NCBI GenBank assembly: GCA_965153455.1
Contig: OZ234493.1
Span: 14,560,213 to 14,624,212 of the forward strand
Source of the DNA: Sphagnum compactum
Taxonomy: Eukaryota
Direction of reading: 5' to 3'
DNA length: 64,000 bases
In this document: positions 39,601-51,851 of the stretch, one piece after another
Numbering within the stretch: the first letter of the stretch is position 1
Layout: each line of letters starts with the position of its first letter
Notes under the pieces: model-generated
Database searches by the model: none
Seen by the model: the letters and a program-made list of their open reading frames with translations, nothing else
Told to the model about the DNA's origin: nothing
Program-made: the position numbers and the translations under genes

Positions 39601-42295
39601 TCCCTTCTCTGCAACATAAAAGGGATAATGTACTTTAAAAGGTTTACTAGGTGCTTAACTGATTAAGAGCTACATCAACTGAAATAAAGAAGTACTATAT
39701 GCCTAGAAATATCACAAAAGCTGATTCAACTATTAATAATCACTACTTGGAGGCTTATAAGCATTCAAATCATTAATACTAAGGAAAATTACGGAATTAA
39801 AGCTTAACTAATTGTTGAGCTATAATGCATGGCTCACAGCAATCATTTTAGTTTCACCTCTTCACATATGAGTTCAATATCTTTCAGGTGCCTTATGAGG
39901 TCTAATGTTTGTTCAATGCTCCCAAGGACTTTATTGGCAGTGGCAAACACTCTAATTCATTCCCCAAGCTTAATTGAACTTTTAATGGCTTCTCTTCAAA
40001 AAAGGTTTCAAATCCACCAGAGGCTAAAGCAGAGATCAAAATTGTTTAAACATCCAGCCAAGAGATCAAATCTGATGCCCCTGCAACTTTGAAAAGACTT
40101 CAAAGTTGTAGAGACTGTAGATTTGAACTCTTGGTTAGATTTCAGATTAGACAATTTATTTCTTTGTTTTGGCTAACGTGTGTATAGATGTTGCATCGGT
40201 ATCCCCTCCCTCGGGTACAAATTCTGCGGTCTATTTAGCTAATCTCTTCACATAGGAGCTCCTCTTTCTTTTTTAGGTTTTTCCTTTTCATTTCTTATTT
40301 CATTTTTGATTTCTTTTGTTTTTTTGTTTTTGTGTAAGTGGTGGTTCGTTTTGCAGTACCAGCAGCTATTCAGAGATGATGATAGGTTGATGGCAGCTTT
40401 GCACAGAATCAAGGAGACCTGCATTTTGTGTTTTATTATTCTTTCTAGTGCAGCATTTGCTGCAGTTCTTGTTTTGTTGCTTGCGGAATTAAAAGGTCTT
40501 GTGTACATGATCTCCTTGCATTTGAGAATTTTGGAACTTTGGGTCTTTCTGGATGCCCGCTCTAGTGGCTGCTTCTTTTGTAGAGTTTGGAATATATCAT
40601 GGTGAGAGATCCTGGTATTCCTTTTCCAGCTCGCGGCACTAGCTTGCAAGTGCCACTCGCCAGCTGAATGAATCGAGCTACTCATGATTTGCAGCCCGGC
40701 TCAATCTGCAACCGCTTGCATTGATTGAACCTCATAGTTTCTGATTTGCTCTAGACTAAATATTCATTTTTATTTCTGCCTTCATGAGTTTGATAGTAAT
40801 TAGTAAGTGGAATATTTATGTTGTCATTGTAAGGATCTTTTGATGGGTTAATTGGGCAAGCATCACAATCTCCCAGTTTGTTTTCTCGAATGACTGCCAT
40901 TGAAAAGAAGCTGCCAGAGATGAGTGGCCAAGTTTCCCAAGTTCTTGAAGGGATGGATAAATTGAATGCTAAGGTAAAAGATTTCATGCAACAATTGCTA
41001 GCATGTCGAGAAGATGGTGTGAATGTGAGAATCCCAAAAACTGTTGCAGCCACTGTAAACATTGAAGAGGTAGATGTTCCTTCAAGGACTGGATCCCCTG
41101 AGATTCTTGGTGTTGCAAAGAGCCTGCATGAGGTTCTTCATTCAGATCATGATGGACGAGGGTCAGGCACAACAGTGGTTGAGAGTGCCACACAATTAGC
41201 TCCAAAAGCCGATCATATCTCTACAGGAAAAGGGGTGGGCCAACAAGTGGATGGTGTTGTCCCTTCACATGTCCCCAACTATGTGTTAGTAGGAGACGAT
41301 ATCCCCAACTATGTGCTAATAGGAGAGGATATGGGGCAGAATCCTAATATGTCAGGGAAGGACAAAGAAGTTGGAGTAGCTTGCAAAGGCGGTGACTGTG
41401 TAGATGAGAGCAACCGCCAACGCCCACCCTCAAAGGTACGATCTAAGTGCCCAACATGACCAACACATTAAAGTTAGAGTCTACGAAATGCTATGGATTG
41501 TTCAATTGTGGGAGTACTCTTGCAGTGTATATCAAATGTGGCATATGTGTGGGATGTTGGGAATTGCACGAACTACATGGCTAAAATAGGACATAAGTTA
41601 GATTGTGGAAGCTAGATTTGTTGTTCTTTCTGTTACAATCTAAAGATTAAGAACATACCCACATTGTTTGGGGTCTAGGTGCATACAAGCTTCAAGGGAA
41701 ATCATTGACATGGTTTCACATTTGTATTCATTGATGGATTTGGTGTGGCAGAAAGTGCAAAAAAAGGTAGCAAGTATGCCAGCACCTGAAAGAGGTGTGA
41801 ACAGTCGGCTACGCTCTAATATTGGTGCAAGGGTGGGGAATGTAGGAGAGAAGGCAAGGCAACAGGTAAGTTAATACCAACATGCTCTTGCGTATCTATG
41901 ATTTATAACTAGGGAACACAAATGCCCTGTTTGACACAATGTTGTAACAAAAATTCCATTTTCCTAAATCGGTTGCTCATGGTAAATTGAATGAAGGTTC
42001 TTTATTGGTTGATGTGCAGTTTAAAGTAGGGGAAGCAATTGTCTTATGTAACCTTGATGCGGAGGTTGTAGCGAAGGGGCTGATAACAGGTGTTGGAGGA
42101 CAAGGATGTGTCCACCATGGGGTGCCAGTCAAGGAGTCATGGTTCCGAGTCCAGTTAAGTGAAATTGTGGCAGGTAAAGGCAACACCCCGTTGTTGGTGC
42201 CAAATGAGAATGATGATCCCCCACAATGTGTGTTAAAGGATGTAATAGGTTCAAGCACTGTATGGGAAGGTCGTCTAATGCGAAAGCATGCTTAA
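27655..42295 (+). CDS. CACTA TnpA-like multi-exon gene (exons approx. 27655-27833, 28258-28573, ~31476-32475, ~32604-32685, ~40834-41434, ~41752-41865, ~41980-42295)
   Basis: Ptta/En/Spm-like [20 protein letters not shown]...SHLGRGG and Tnp1/En/Spm-like C-terminal VVAKGLITG...HHGVPV...WFRVQL...PLLVP...IGSSTVW; lies between CACTA TIRs. Exon borders partly inferred. Confidence 0.72.
29300..31300 (-). mobile_element. Degenerate LINE (L1-like) ORF2 3' remnant in a TnpA intron
   Basis: Broken minus-strand ORFs ([14 protein letters not shown]...[15 protein letters not shown]) resembling a LINE RT C-terminus; no TSD found. Confidence 0.35.
34201..34614 (-). CDS. Orphan 137-aa ORF in the left arm (identical to 38907-39320)
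   Basis: [12 protein letters not shown]...RRILDFLQL*; CpG-rich, uninterrupted. Confidence 0.55.
   Translation of the reverse strand: MANDDATPSNPPVAPVQQKELEEAPLDLNVSQRPREEEPPRRVMRTRVARSVWDRRLSPNPHALAIYLEFVSARGAAPERFEECQCEDDDVRLHCRTWVPGDGHYRWLRGPINPLPLEHRAEYLARTIRRILDFLQL
35516..36090. repeat. 198-bp tandem repeat x3 in the left arm (mirror ~37431-38005)
   Basis: gaagcctctggacttttg...aaatccaccgttggatttgtgtc unit starting at ~35516, 35714 and 35912. Confidence 0.9.
36225..36958 (-). other. Spacer segment of uncertain origin, probably mitochondrial (possible group II intron ORF remnant)
   Basis: A long frame broken by stops continues from cox1 (…[28 protein letters not shown]…); identity is inferred only. 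Confidence 0.4.
36959..37204 (-). pseudogene. cox1: NUMT: first 82 codons of mitochondrial cox1, plus 92 bp of presumed 5' flank to 37296
   Basis: [82 protein letters not shown]. Confidence 0.97.
37297..39838 (+). repeat. Right 2,542-bp LTR-like arm (TGTTGGAG...GGCTCACA)
   Basis: TG...CA termini; TATA-like ctatatat and aataaa at ~39562-39576. Confidence 0.93.
38907..39320 (+). CDS. Orphan 137-aa ORF in the right arm
   Basis: ATG in gtcATGG context just after a pyrimidine-rich acceptor-like ttttgttgatgcag; open to TGA at 39318-39320. Confidence 0.55.
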   Translation: MANDDATPSNPPVAPVQQKELEEAPLDLNVSQRPREEEPPRRVMRTRVARSVWDRRLSPNPHALAIYLEFVSARGAAPERFEECQCEDDDVRLHCRTWVPGDGHYRWLRGPINPLPLEHRAEYLARTIRRILDFLQL

Positions 42296-42713
42296 GTTAG
42301 GGGCACTATAGGTCGAGAGCTAGTTGATTTTTGAATTCTAAAACCAACATATTTTGAGTAGTTATGGCCTTTTTTGGGTGTCAATGATATTTTAGACATT
42401 GTCAGGTTTAATAGACCTGATAGAGTGATGGATTCCTGGTTGCTGTAATTGGAACAATGGCCATTAAACCCCATTGGATGGAATTTCAATGTTATGACAA
42501 AAGGTAATTTGTTGGTTAAGTAACTGCAGATTTGTTACATGCAAAATTGCAAATCACAAATCTATGTGTGTAATATTTATTGGTTGATTTTTCAGCACTA
42601 GAGGAATATAATAGAGACCTGATATGTATAATGTACATTAGTTAAACTAGGTGTAGGTGTGCTCCTAATGCTAATGTGGTAATGGTTAATGCTACTAATC
42701 CTAATACATCATA

Positions 42714-42852
42714 ACCCTAAACCTTAATCCTAACCCTAAACCCTAACCCTAATCCTAACCATAAACCCTAACCCTAATCCTAACCCTAAACCCTAACCCT
42801 AAAACATATTTAACCTGTATGATGGAAAACCCTAACCCTAAACGTAACCCTA
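42714..42852 (+). repeat. Interstitial telomere-like repeats (CCCTAA/CCCTAAA/TCCTAA mix)
   Basis: accctaaaccttaatcctaaccctaaaccctaaccctaatcctaacc... Confidence 0.85.
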
Positions 42853-43712
42853 AAACATAGGTCAGCAGTTGCATATGCAATTCACCAGTTGCCTATGCAA
42901 CTAAATCTAATGGTTGTTGTGCTGCCACGTGGCGCACTATAACCGGTCTGATGAAAAACCCTAACCCTAAAACATGGGTTAGCAGTTGCATATGCAACTA
43001 AATCTAACGATTGTTGTGCTGCCACGTGGCGCACTATAAACGGTCTGATGAAAAAACCCTAACCCTAAAACATGGGTCAGCAGTTACATATGCAACTAAA
43101 TCTAACGGTTGTTGTGTTGCCACGTGGCGCACTATAAACGGTCTGATGAAAAACCCTAACCCTATTCCTAAAACATGGGTTAGCAGTTGCATATGCAACT
43201 AAATCTAACGGTTGTTGTGCTGCCACGTGGCGCACTATAAACGGTCTGATGAAAAACTCATGTGCCTAACCCTAATCCTAAAACATGGGTCAGCAGTTGC
43301 ATATGCAACTAAATCTAACGGTTGTTGTGCTGCCACGTGGCGCACTATAAACGGTCTGATGAAAAACCCCAACCCTAACCCTAAAACATGGTTCAGCAGT
43401 TGCATATGCAACTAAATCTAACGGTTGTTGTGCTGGCACATGGCGCACTATAAACGATCCGATGAAAAAACCACAACCCTAACCCTAACCCTAACCGTAA
43501 AACATGGGTCAGCAGTTGCATATGCAACTAAATCTAACGGTTGTTGTGCTGCCACGTGGCGCACTATAAACGGTCTGATGAAAAAACCCTATTCTTAACC
43601 CTAACCGTAAAACATGGGTCAGCAGTTGCATATGCAATTAAATCTAACGGTTGTTGTGCTGCCATGTGGCGCACTATAAACGGTCCGATGAAAAACCCTA
43701 ACCCTAACCCTA
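42853..43712 (+). repeat. CACTA subterminal array: 8 units of ~100-115 bp separated by telomere-like linkers
   Basis: Unit aaacatgggtcagcAGTTGCATATGCAACTaaatctaacggttgttgtgctGCCACGTGGCgcactataaacggtctgatgaaaaa(ccctaa)n. Confidence 0.92.
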
Positions 43713-44060
43713 CACATGTTCGCATACAATTCGGTGAGCTAATTTGCATGTAACGCAGTGTGAACGCAACCGTGTAGTTGCATGCAGTCGCATTTACAAC
43801 CGTAGGTATAGAATATGGGTGGATGAAACCGTATAACCCAACCGTATATACTTGCTCATATACGTATTGTGACATGCAACTAAAAGCGCCTGCAACTGGT
43901 TTTATGCAACTAGGCGAATTTGCAGTTGCATGTGTCGCATGCAACTGAAAATGCAACCAAACCAGTTGCATACGGCAGTTGCAAAATGGCAAATTTCTAG
44001 TAGTGTTAATAATTATATTAGTTAATTAGTTAACTAGTTAGGTGTCACTTATTTACTTAA

Positions 44061-44220
44061 TTATATACTTTTCAAGATGGGAATGATAACCAAAACATAT
44101 GGGATAAAGTTTTTAGTTGCAAGTCGTTTGCAACTGAACATTTTTAGTCGTAAACGACTTGCAACTAAAAAGTTTATCCCATATGTTTTGGCTTTCATTC
44201 CCATCTTGAAAAGTATATAA
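44061..44220. repeat. 160-bp near-perfect palindrome in the right part of the outer CACTA
   Basis: ttatatacttttcaagatgggaatg...catcttgaaaagtatataa with few mismatches. Confidence 0.88.
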
Positions 44221-44994
44221 ACAAGGTGTTTTGTCTTACATTTACATATGAAAATAGATGGGCATATGGGATGAGTCATTAAATATGACTTGACCCAAAG
44301 TAAAATATAAATATTCATGTATTTACACCTAACTACCTACTTCCCTAATTTGCCTACTTATTTTTCTACCTACCTACCTACCTAAGTAGGTATTTGGCCT
44401 AGGTAGGTAAATAGGTCCTATCTAGATAGGTGTTTAGCTTAAATGGGTAGGTAGGTCTATAGGTAGGTACTTAATGCAACCTACATACCTAAATATTGAT
44501 TTAAATTTAATTTGGAAAATATCAATTAATATGCCACGTGGCAAATTTTTATTGCACCACGTGTCACAATATAAACCATCCAAACATTAAAATTAAACAT
44601 CTTAGATTATTTCAAAATAATAATAAAATACTTTCAATTATTAAAAGTTGGGACATGTGGCAACACATAACTTGTTCCCATTGTTCACAAAAAAAGTCGC
44701 ATTTTAGTTGCAAACGACAATACGTATATGATTAGTCATAGGATGAAAACATATTTTGTTGACTTTTCTTTCATCCAAAATTCGTTGTCGTTTGCAACTA
44801 ATGTCAATGTGACTTGTCCAACGCAACTATTAAAATTAGTCACATGGACCAGTCGCAAAATGGCCATTTTCTACTAGTGTTTTATGAACTAATATCATTC
44901 AAAGCTAACAAAAATCGAAGTTGGAAAGTTTTGATGCGAAAAGTTTCATAAGGTGCAAATGGAGTTAATGCTTGGGTTTGTTCGAAATCTTGGA

Positions 44995-45100
44995 ACATCA
45001 AACATGTTGGCACCATTGTCTGTATAGATTTGGACAACATTATTTACACCCACTTTTTCAATGTATTCAACTAAGGCATTACATATGTATTTGCATCTTT
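44995..45100 (-). mobile_element. hAT transposase fragment (DUF659-like)
   Basis: YICNALVEYIEKVGVNNVVQIYTDNGANM motif. Confidence 0.7.
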
Positions 45101-46980
45101 TTGGGCCAGGGGGGAACACTAGTAAATAAAAGTAGAAAATACTTGAATAAAATATAGGTTGCAATATATTGGTTGTCGTGTAAAAATATAAGTTTATTAA
45201 CTAAAAATAAGGTGCATTTTATTCAAATAATAAATTTAATTATAATATAAAGTATGTAATAATTTGAATTAATGAACTATAATTAATATAGGGTGGCTTT
45301 AATAGGTATATATTAGAAAATTAAATAATAATAGGGTGATAAAAAATAGGTTGGACAATTATCTAATACCCTCCCTTTTCATGGTCATTTCATGCACATT
45401 GATTCCAAACTTTATACTAAGTATCCTCCTCAGGTTTTTTGGTCATGTGTTGTGTTGATAGCCTTTAATAAAAAAAACATCTTTGTTTGGGCAAACAAAC
45501 ATGATGTTTACCAAAGGGTGGCTATTAATATTAACCCAATTGTTTAAACAAATAGTGATTCCATACTTGTGAATCTAGTTTTTAGTCCTTTTGGTCACAA
45601 GTTCAATTTTATTTTTTTTGGAACATTTCAACCAAGGTTGTGAGGAAGGATGTCCTTATTCTAACATCCCTTTTAGTGTCCTTAACAATAGTTTTATTTT
45701 TACATTTTACCAAAAAATACTTATTAATTTGCACTTACCTTTTCCTATTGTGCACCAACAATTTCTTGACATTGCCCAACATCTTTTCAAAGCTACCTTT
45801 AGTGATTATTTGGTGTTGCTTAGTGTCCCCATGACATTTTTCATGGCATTACTTGACATGTTCCCAATGTTATCTTAATGTCCTCGTCATTTGTCAACAT
45901 CTCCTAAAAATTGATCAACATTTCAAAATTTCCTTTGCTTTGTGATCTTGTTTAACATTTCCAAAATGGATGTCTTCAAAATATTCATACTTGTTCTCAT
46001 GAAGTCATCTATCAATGATCATTGGTTAGTTTGACGAATAGTTATATCAAGTGATATTATTTTTACAACCAACACACTTTCACATTTCCCACACCAATGC
46101 ACATGTTAAAATGTTGATTTCATTGGGACTCCCACGAAATTAGTGTTTTTTTTTTCATTTTTTTAATCAAAATTTTGGTGAAATTTAACCTAAAAGAAAA
46201 AGAAATAGCCAAATTAACAGTAGAAAGGAAAATTGCCTCCTAAAAAAGAAAAGAAAAAAAAAATTACATGAAATTAACAACATTCCAATGAAATCAACAT
46301 TCTAACTTTGTACTTCCATTATTAATGAGTACAATAACTCTTCATGTCACTAGTAAATATTGATATTATGAGGCTCTTGCCAAATCAAATCCAAGTGAAT
46401 AGGGTATCATCCCTAGTTCATGCAAATGATGATATATATTTATCACCCATATAATATTACAAAAGGTTATATTAAATAGGCCTATCTAGATATATTAATA
46501 TTGATAGGATTATGACATATCTAACATACCTATTCAACTTTGGTTATGGTTGAATGTACGTGCAAAAAAACTTTTCATTTTTAAACTCAAGGTTATGTCC
46601 ATTGTGTTTGTTGTGGATGTCTATATATATGTGCAAAATTAAGATTGGATTGCATTTGCACACTGCCATAGTTTTCCCAAAAAAAATTCACAATTGTATA
46701 TCACATTAATGTTCTTCCTCATGATACAGAACTTGGATTAATGATTTTTATACACAATGTTTTAACCAGGCTATCATAACAAAATATGTTTTGCGCATAT
46801 TTGATAACATGTTTGGTGCAAAAGTTCATAAGGAATTACCTTACAAGAATAACAAGTTCAATAAAACTTATTTTAGAAATCAAAGCCAAACAAATTGGAA
46901 AAATTGATTGCCTTGTCGAAATAAAAATATATATTGTGACAAAATGTTGAAACATAAGGAAATTATGTATGTTTTGTCAA

Positions 46981-47766
46981 TCTAATATATTAAAGCAAAC
47001 GTGGTGTCTGTATGTCTGTCTGTCTGTGTGTTCGTTTCAGGTCTAAAGAAATGAGGGGTCTGTCTATTTAGGGACATGGAGACAGGAGGTATCGTCAGAT
47101 GATGAGGAGACCTGGATTTGGTCTCGAAGGTATCGGAACCTGAAAATTTGCAATGGCAGCAGAGGAGGAGATTCCAGGTCTCAAGAAATGAGGGGTCTGT
47201 CTGTGTTAGGGACATGGAGGCCAATCTATCATCACATGACAAGGAGATTTCAGGTTTCAAAAATATCGGGACCTGGGGTTTGGAACTAGAAGAAAAAGCA
47301 ATGGCAACAGATGACAAAATCCAGGTCTCAAGAAACGAGGGATCTGTGTTAGGGACACGGAGATTATGAAGTAGGGGATTTTAGGTCTCGAAAATATCAG
47401 GACCTTGATTTGGGACGTGAAAAAAGAAGGGAAGAAAGGAAGAGGAGGAGGGCATGGCAGGGAGAACGACGAGAGCCGCCATCTGTCTGTCTGTCTGTCT
47501 GTTCGTCACAGACATTCGCGGATTGCGGCCAGGGCAGCCGCTGCGGGGGGCCGAGCGAGGTGCCATGGCCTTTTATACATCCAGTGTGGATGCGTGATGC
47601 AGTTTGGGGCCAAACAGTGCGCTTAGCGGGCCAGATGGGGGTGCACAGGGCACGATGGGCGGGCTAAACCGGCCTGGGCAGCGCGCACAGGACCTGCAGG
47701 GGCGCCTCAGGCCTCCAATACGTGGCAAACGTGGCTGGAGTGGCGTAGCCACGGGTTACCTACTAG
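46981..47766 (+). mobile_element. Non-autonomous Helitron, 786 bp
   Basis: 5' A|TCTAATATATTAAAGC; 3' hairpin GTGGCGTAGCCAC followed by CTACTAG|T; inserted at an AT site without TSD. Confidence 0.88.
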
Positions 47767-48512
47767 TGTGTTTTAAATACATACATGTTTCCTACACCCA
47801 TGACCTCTCACGTTTCCTTTGTTATTCAACGCATCCCATGTGCACTCATAATCAACGGCATGACTTATGCTTTGACAAAACTAGAGCACCAAGCTCAACA
47901 TTCTCTATAAGCTGGAATAAATCCTCACACTCACAGGCATTTTTGCCCTAGTCCCAATCCATCATTTCTTGCTTGCAGTTTGCTTGCAACATGATTGTTG
48001 ATCACGTGTTCCTCTTTATTATTCTCAATTTTTTTATAAAAAAATTAACAAGGTTCTGAAAATGTGTTTTGAACAATAGCACGTCGTTTGTTGTTTGTAG
48101 AAGTTGTTTTTGGCACATTGTTGCACAATTTTGGAATTGTTATGTGTAATTTGATGAGGTGGGAAATTGTTTGTGGCAAGTTGTGGGGTGCATCATGGTT
48201 GCATTATGGAGTAAGGAGCGTGAAATCTAGTTAGCTAATGTGATAATGCTACAATGTGTTCGCTTGTACTACACGACACCATCAAAAACACTAAACATCA
48301 CCCTTTAGAGGTCGAGGGTGATGGCATTATAATGTGTTTGTACACAACTCGTTATGCTTCCAAAAACTCTTTCATCAAATATTTATGCCATTTGTTTCTA
48401 TTTTGTTATCATTAAGGTAAGTACTTAAAGTGGAAAAAGATGAGCCACCATGAATTAATGAAATAATTGAAATTGACACGCATAGATAAAAAATTGATGC
48501 ACATGGGTGAAA

Positions 48513-50361
48513 CACTATGAGAAAAAAAGGTGTTTTGCAACTAGCCTTACAACTCAATTTTTGAGTTGCAATGGACATTTGCAACTCACTATGTTTATAC
48601 GCTGTGAATTCTAAGAGACACGTTGCATGAGTTACAAAGTTGCAACTCACCATATATACAATGTAACTCATTGTAATTCAATTGCAACTCAGTCAAAACA
48701 ACTCATTTTCAACTACTATTCAACTCCATTATAATTTCACCCATGATGTCATGCTGATGTCATTAATTGTCATCCGTCTATTGAAAACTAACACATGACA
48801 TTATGAAAAAATTTGGACATAAAAAAATTCGAAATATTGATTTCCATTGTCCATTATGACTATTAATGACAATTCGAGATTACGACACGTGGCATAATAA
48901 AAAATTACCACATGGCATATTTTTGTATATATATATATATACATATACATATTTATTTTGGTAGGTAGGTAGGTAGGTCTTAAGACCTACATATTTACTT
49001 AAGACCTACCTACTTATTTACTTAGGTAGGTAAGTAAGTAGGAAAACATAAGATTAAGTGCATTAAAAAATAGCCATGAATTGTTTTTTAAAAATTTATG
49101 TTTTGCCTTTAGGTTAAGTTTTTTTCAACTCGTCCCAAAATGGCAAATGTATTTTATTGTGAAAACATAAGAGAACAAACCTTTTTTATATAGTTTGTAA
49201 CATGAGATCCAAATACAAAGCATATGGGTTAATGTTTTTAGTTATTCAATTAGTTGTAACTGAATTACAACTATGACACTTAAGCATTCAAGGCAGGCCA
49301 CATCCAAGGGGGGCTCCATCTTTTTTGGCGTTTAAACAAAACTTGAACCCCTCCTATTGGTGCATCTAGTGTAGTAAAAATCGTAAAAAATGGAATAAAT
49401 TGCGAAAACTATGGCCCCTCAAAATAGAACTTACAAAACTAACTGCCAAATGCTACAAAGGTTGATTCCCAAATACCCACAAAATTCCTTATATGTTTTT
49501 TTTATTGTTGTTATAATTCAAAAACACTTTGTAGAACTTTAGGTGGAAATCCTATAACACTTTAAATTGTTTTAAATGAATAAGAAATAAGAAAGTTATA
49601 AGGTTTGAAAGTAGGAGGGGTTCAAAGAAAAAAAACAAAAAAAACGTGTTTTGTAAGTTGAAAAACTTATTTCTTTTCTTGTTATTTTTTCATTACTCAT
49701 TTTCCTTTCCATTTCAAAAATGATTTCCAAACCTTGAAGTAATGCTCCCATAAGATTCTAAATCACTCAAAATGAAACACATATGATGAAGATATAAATA
49801 ATTAATGAATATGTATTCTTATTAAATTATAAATAGTTGTTTTATAATCATAACATAGTTAAACAATAATACTTTAGTAGTGGCGCACTAGTGGCCATAT
49901 TTATTGTATAAATGGGAATCATAATTGAAAATTTGTTACAAATGTATCCCATAATGGGTGGTGGAGATGTGGACACGTGGCATGATCGCATGTATGTACA
50001 TTGTACATTAGTTGCAACATATTTGTTATTTTAGTGACACATTTATAATAGTTCTACAATAGTTATACATGCAATTACAATGCAATTCTTTAAAAAGTCA
50101 AACATGGTTGACTACATATGTATGTACGATGTGTATAAATTATCATATATAAAACCTATTTTCAATTCACTTGCAACTATCATACAACTAACTAATTTTC
50201 TGACATGACAATTTATTTATTAATAAACCGTATTTCTAAGGGGATAATTGCACAATAGTTATAATACTTAAGGGATAATTACATAACAGTTATATACGAG
50301 TTGTTTCTTGAGTTTTAGTTGCAAGGTAATGTGGTTTCAACGGGTGCAATTTCTCATAGTG
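48513..50361. mobile_element. Non-autonomous CACTA element, 1,849 bp
   Basis: CACTATGAGAAA ... TTTCTCATAGTG, TSD AAA/AAA, TGCAACT subterminal motifs. Confidence 0.88.
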
Positions 50362-51851
50362 AAATCTTTTTCAAAATTTGTCAAATAATTTTTTTTCATT
50401 AAATATTAACAAATTTTCATATATTATTTTTTTGAATGCCAAACCTTACTATTCAAAAAATATATATTTGACATAAAAATGTTGAACCTACTATTTTAGT
50501 ACAATATGTGAATTTTTCATTCTAAAAATGTGCCTTAACAAACTTACATTAAGAGCAAATATATTTATCCACCAATGAAGGTGTCATATCTTCACCTCTT
50601 GGGTTTGTGTTCTCATTTTCTCCTATAATAAGAAGTGTTGAATGAAGAATTCAACGTTTGCCACAACTATCCATATGAATGTTTTGTAAAATAGTATTCC
50701 AATTTTTTTTTAGCTGGGTTTTTTATACAAGGCCTATATCTTGTTGGCAAATTCATGTTACTCCAAGTTAATTTGAGCTTCTTCCACATTTTAACAATGG
50801 AAAAAATTTCATTGGTATGCATAGAATGTCCTTGAGGTTTGTAGGAGATGACATATCATCTACTTCATGAATTGAGATAAAATGTTTATATCCCACCTTG
50901 TAGATAATCAACCATGCAATTCTTACTTATAAATGTATATTTGAACATACTTACTTGTATTCAAACAACAAGACATGAAGACTCATATTAAAAAACATGT
51001 GAGTTGATGTTGATAAAATTGCAAGTAAGAAAATTGATGTGGATAAAATTTGAGGCTCTATTTTTATCCAACCTCAAAAAAATGACCATTTAGTTCTCAC
51101 CATACTCAATTTTAATAAGGTGAATACCTATATGGTTCTTCAAAATTAAAAGAGTCACATCCATCACTCCCATGAGCACTTTCAAATCTCTCTTCGACAT
51201 TTTGTATCTCAATTTAATTATCCCTCAAAATTAGAAAGCAGGAACCCTTTGTTTAAACTTTATGATTACATAGAGGTCATGTAAACACATGTTAAACAAA
51301 TAAAACCAAAAAAAAGTTTTTGTGTGATTACAAAATGTTTTGGCATGTTGTGTCCTCGATCAAAATCACACAAAACACAAACAAAAGTGATACTCCAAGT
51401 TAATATGTTTCATGTTCTTTGTTGCAACAATGTATATGAGGGTAAGTTTAAACTAAATTCCAAATTGTCAAATTATTATGATAAGTTCTAATAGGTAGCC
51501 AAGAATATGGAGGGATCTTTTTCTTTTTTTTTCATATTTAATATGTAAGCATATTTGATCAAATTATTATTTAGATAAATGTCGCATGGCCATATCACAA
51601 AATCCTTTAAAAAGAACATTGCTAGTCATTGAGAGCTTTACAACAACATCAAGAGTGTGCCCCAACTTTTTAAGCCTAAGTTTGAAATTTCATTTTCATT
51701 TTCACTAAAGTCTAATATGGAGTTTTCATTTCTACCCAATTTTCATTGACAAAAATTACTCAAAATTCAATATCTCATGCACCTTAGGTCTAAAAATTAC
51801 AAAATCAAACAGATCAGATCAGGCTTTAGAAAATGAATCCATGGATGTGAA

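Larger units (their letters stand above)
33683..39838. mobile_element. 6,156-bp composite insertion: inverted LTR-like arm, mitochondrial-type DNA, LTR-like arm; 5-bp TSD GCAAT
   Basis: Starts TGTGAGCC (33683), ends GGCTCACA (39838); GCAAT at 33678-33682 and 39839-39843. Confidence 0.92.
32705..40740 (-). mobile_element. Degenerate LINE ORF1-like remnant (32705-33677 and 39844-40740), split by the inverted-LTR composite
   Basis: Fragmented K-rich minus-strand frames with a possible degenerate zinc knuckle near 33355-33390; sequence is continuous across the GCAAT TSD. Confidence 0.3.

Noticed and set aside
33683-39838. Fold-back assembly artefact or DIRS element
   Set aside because: A direct 5-bp TSD, TG...CA at all four arm ends and a mismatch between arms argue against an artefact (long reads still needed). 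DIRS elements lack TSDs and encode a tyrosine recombinase, which is not seen.
42714-42852. Chromosome end or fusion scar
   Set aside because: Short, degenerate, single orientation and part of the CACTA subterminal region.
42853-43712. CRISPR-like look of the repeat array
   Set aside because: Units are ~85-bp conserved blocks with telomeric low-complexity linkers rather than unique spacers; no cas genes; eukaryotic CACTA subterminal context.
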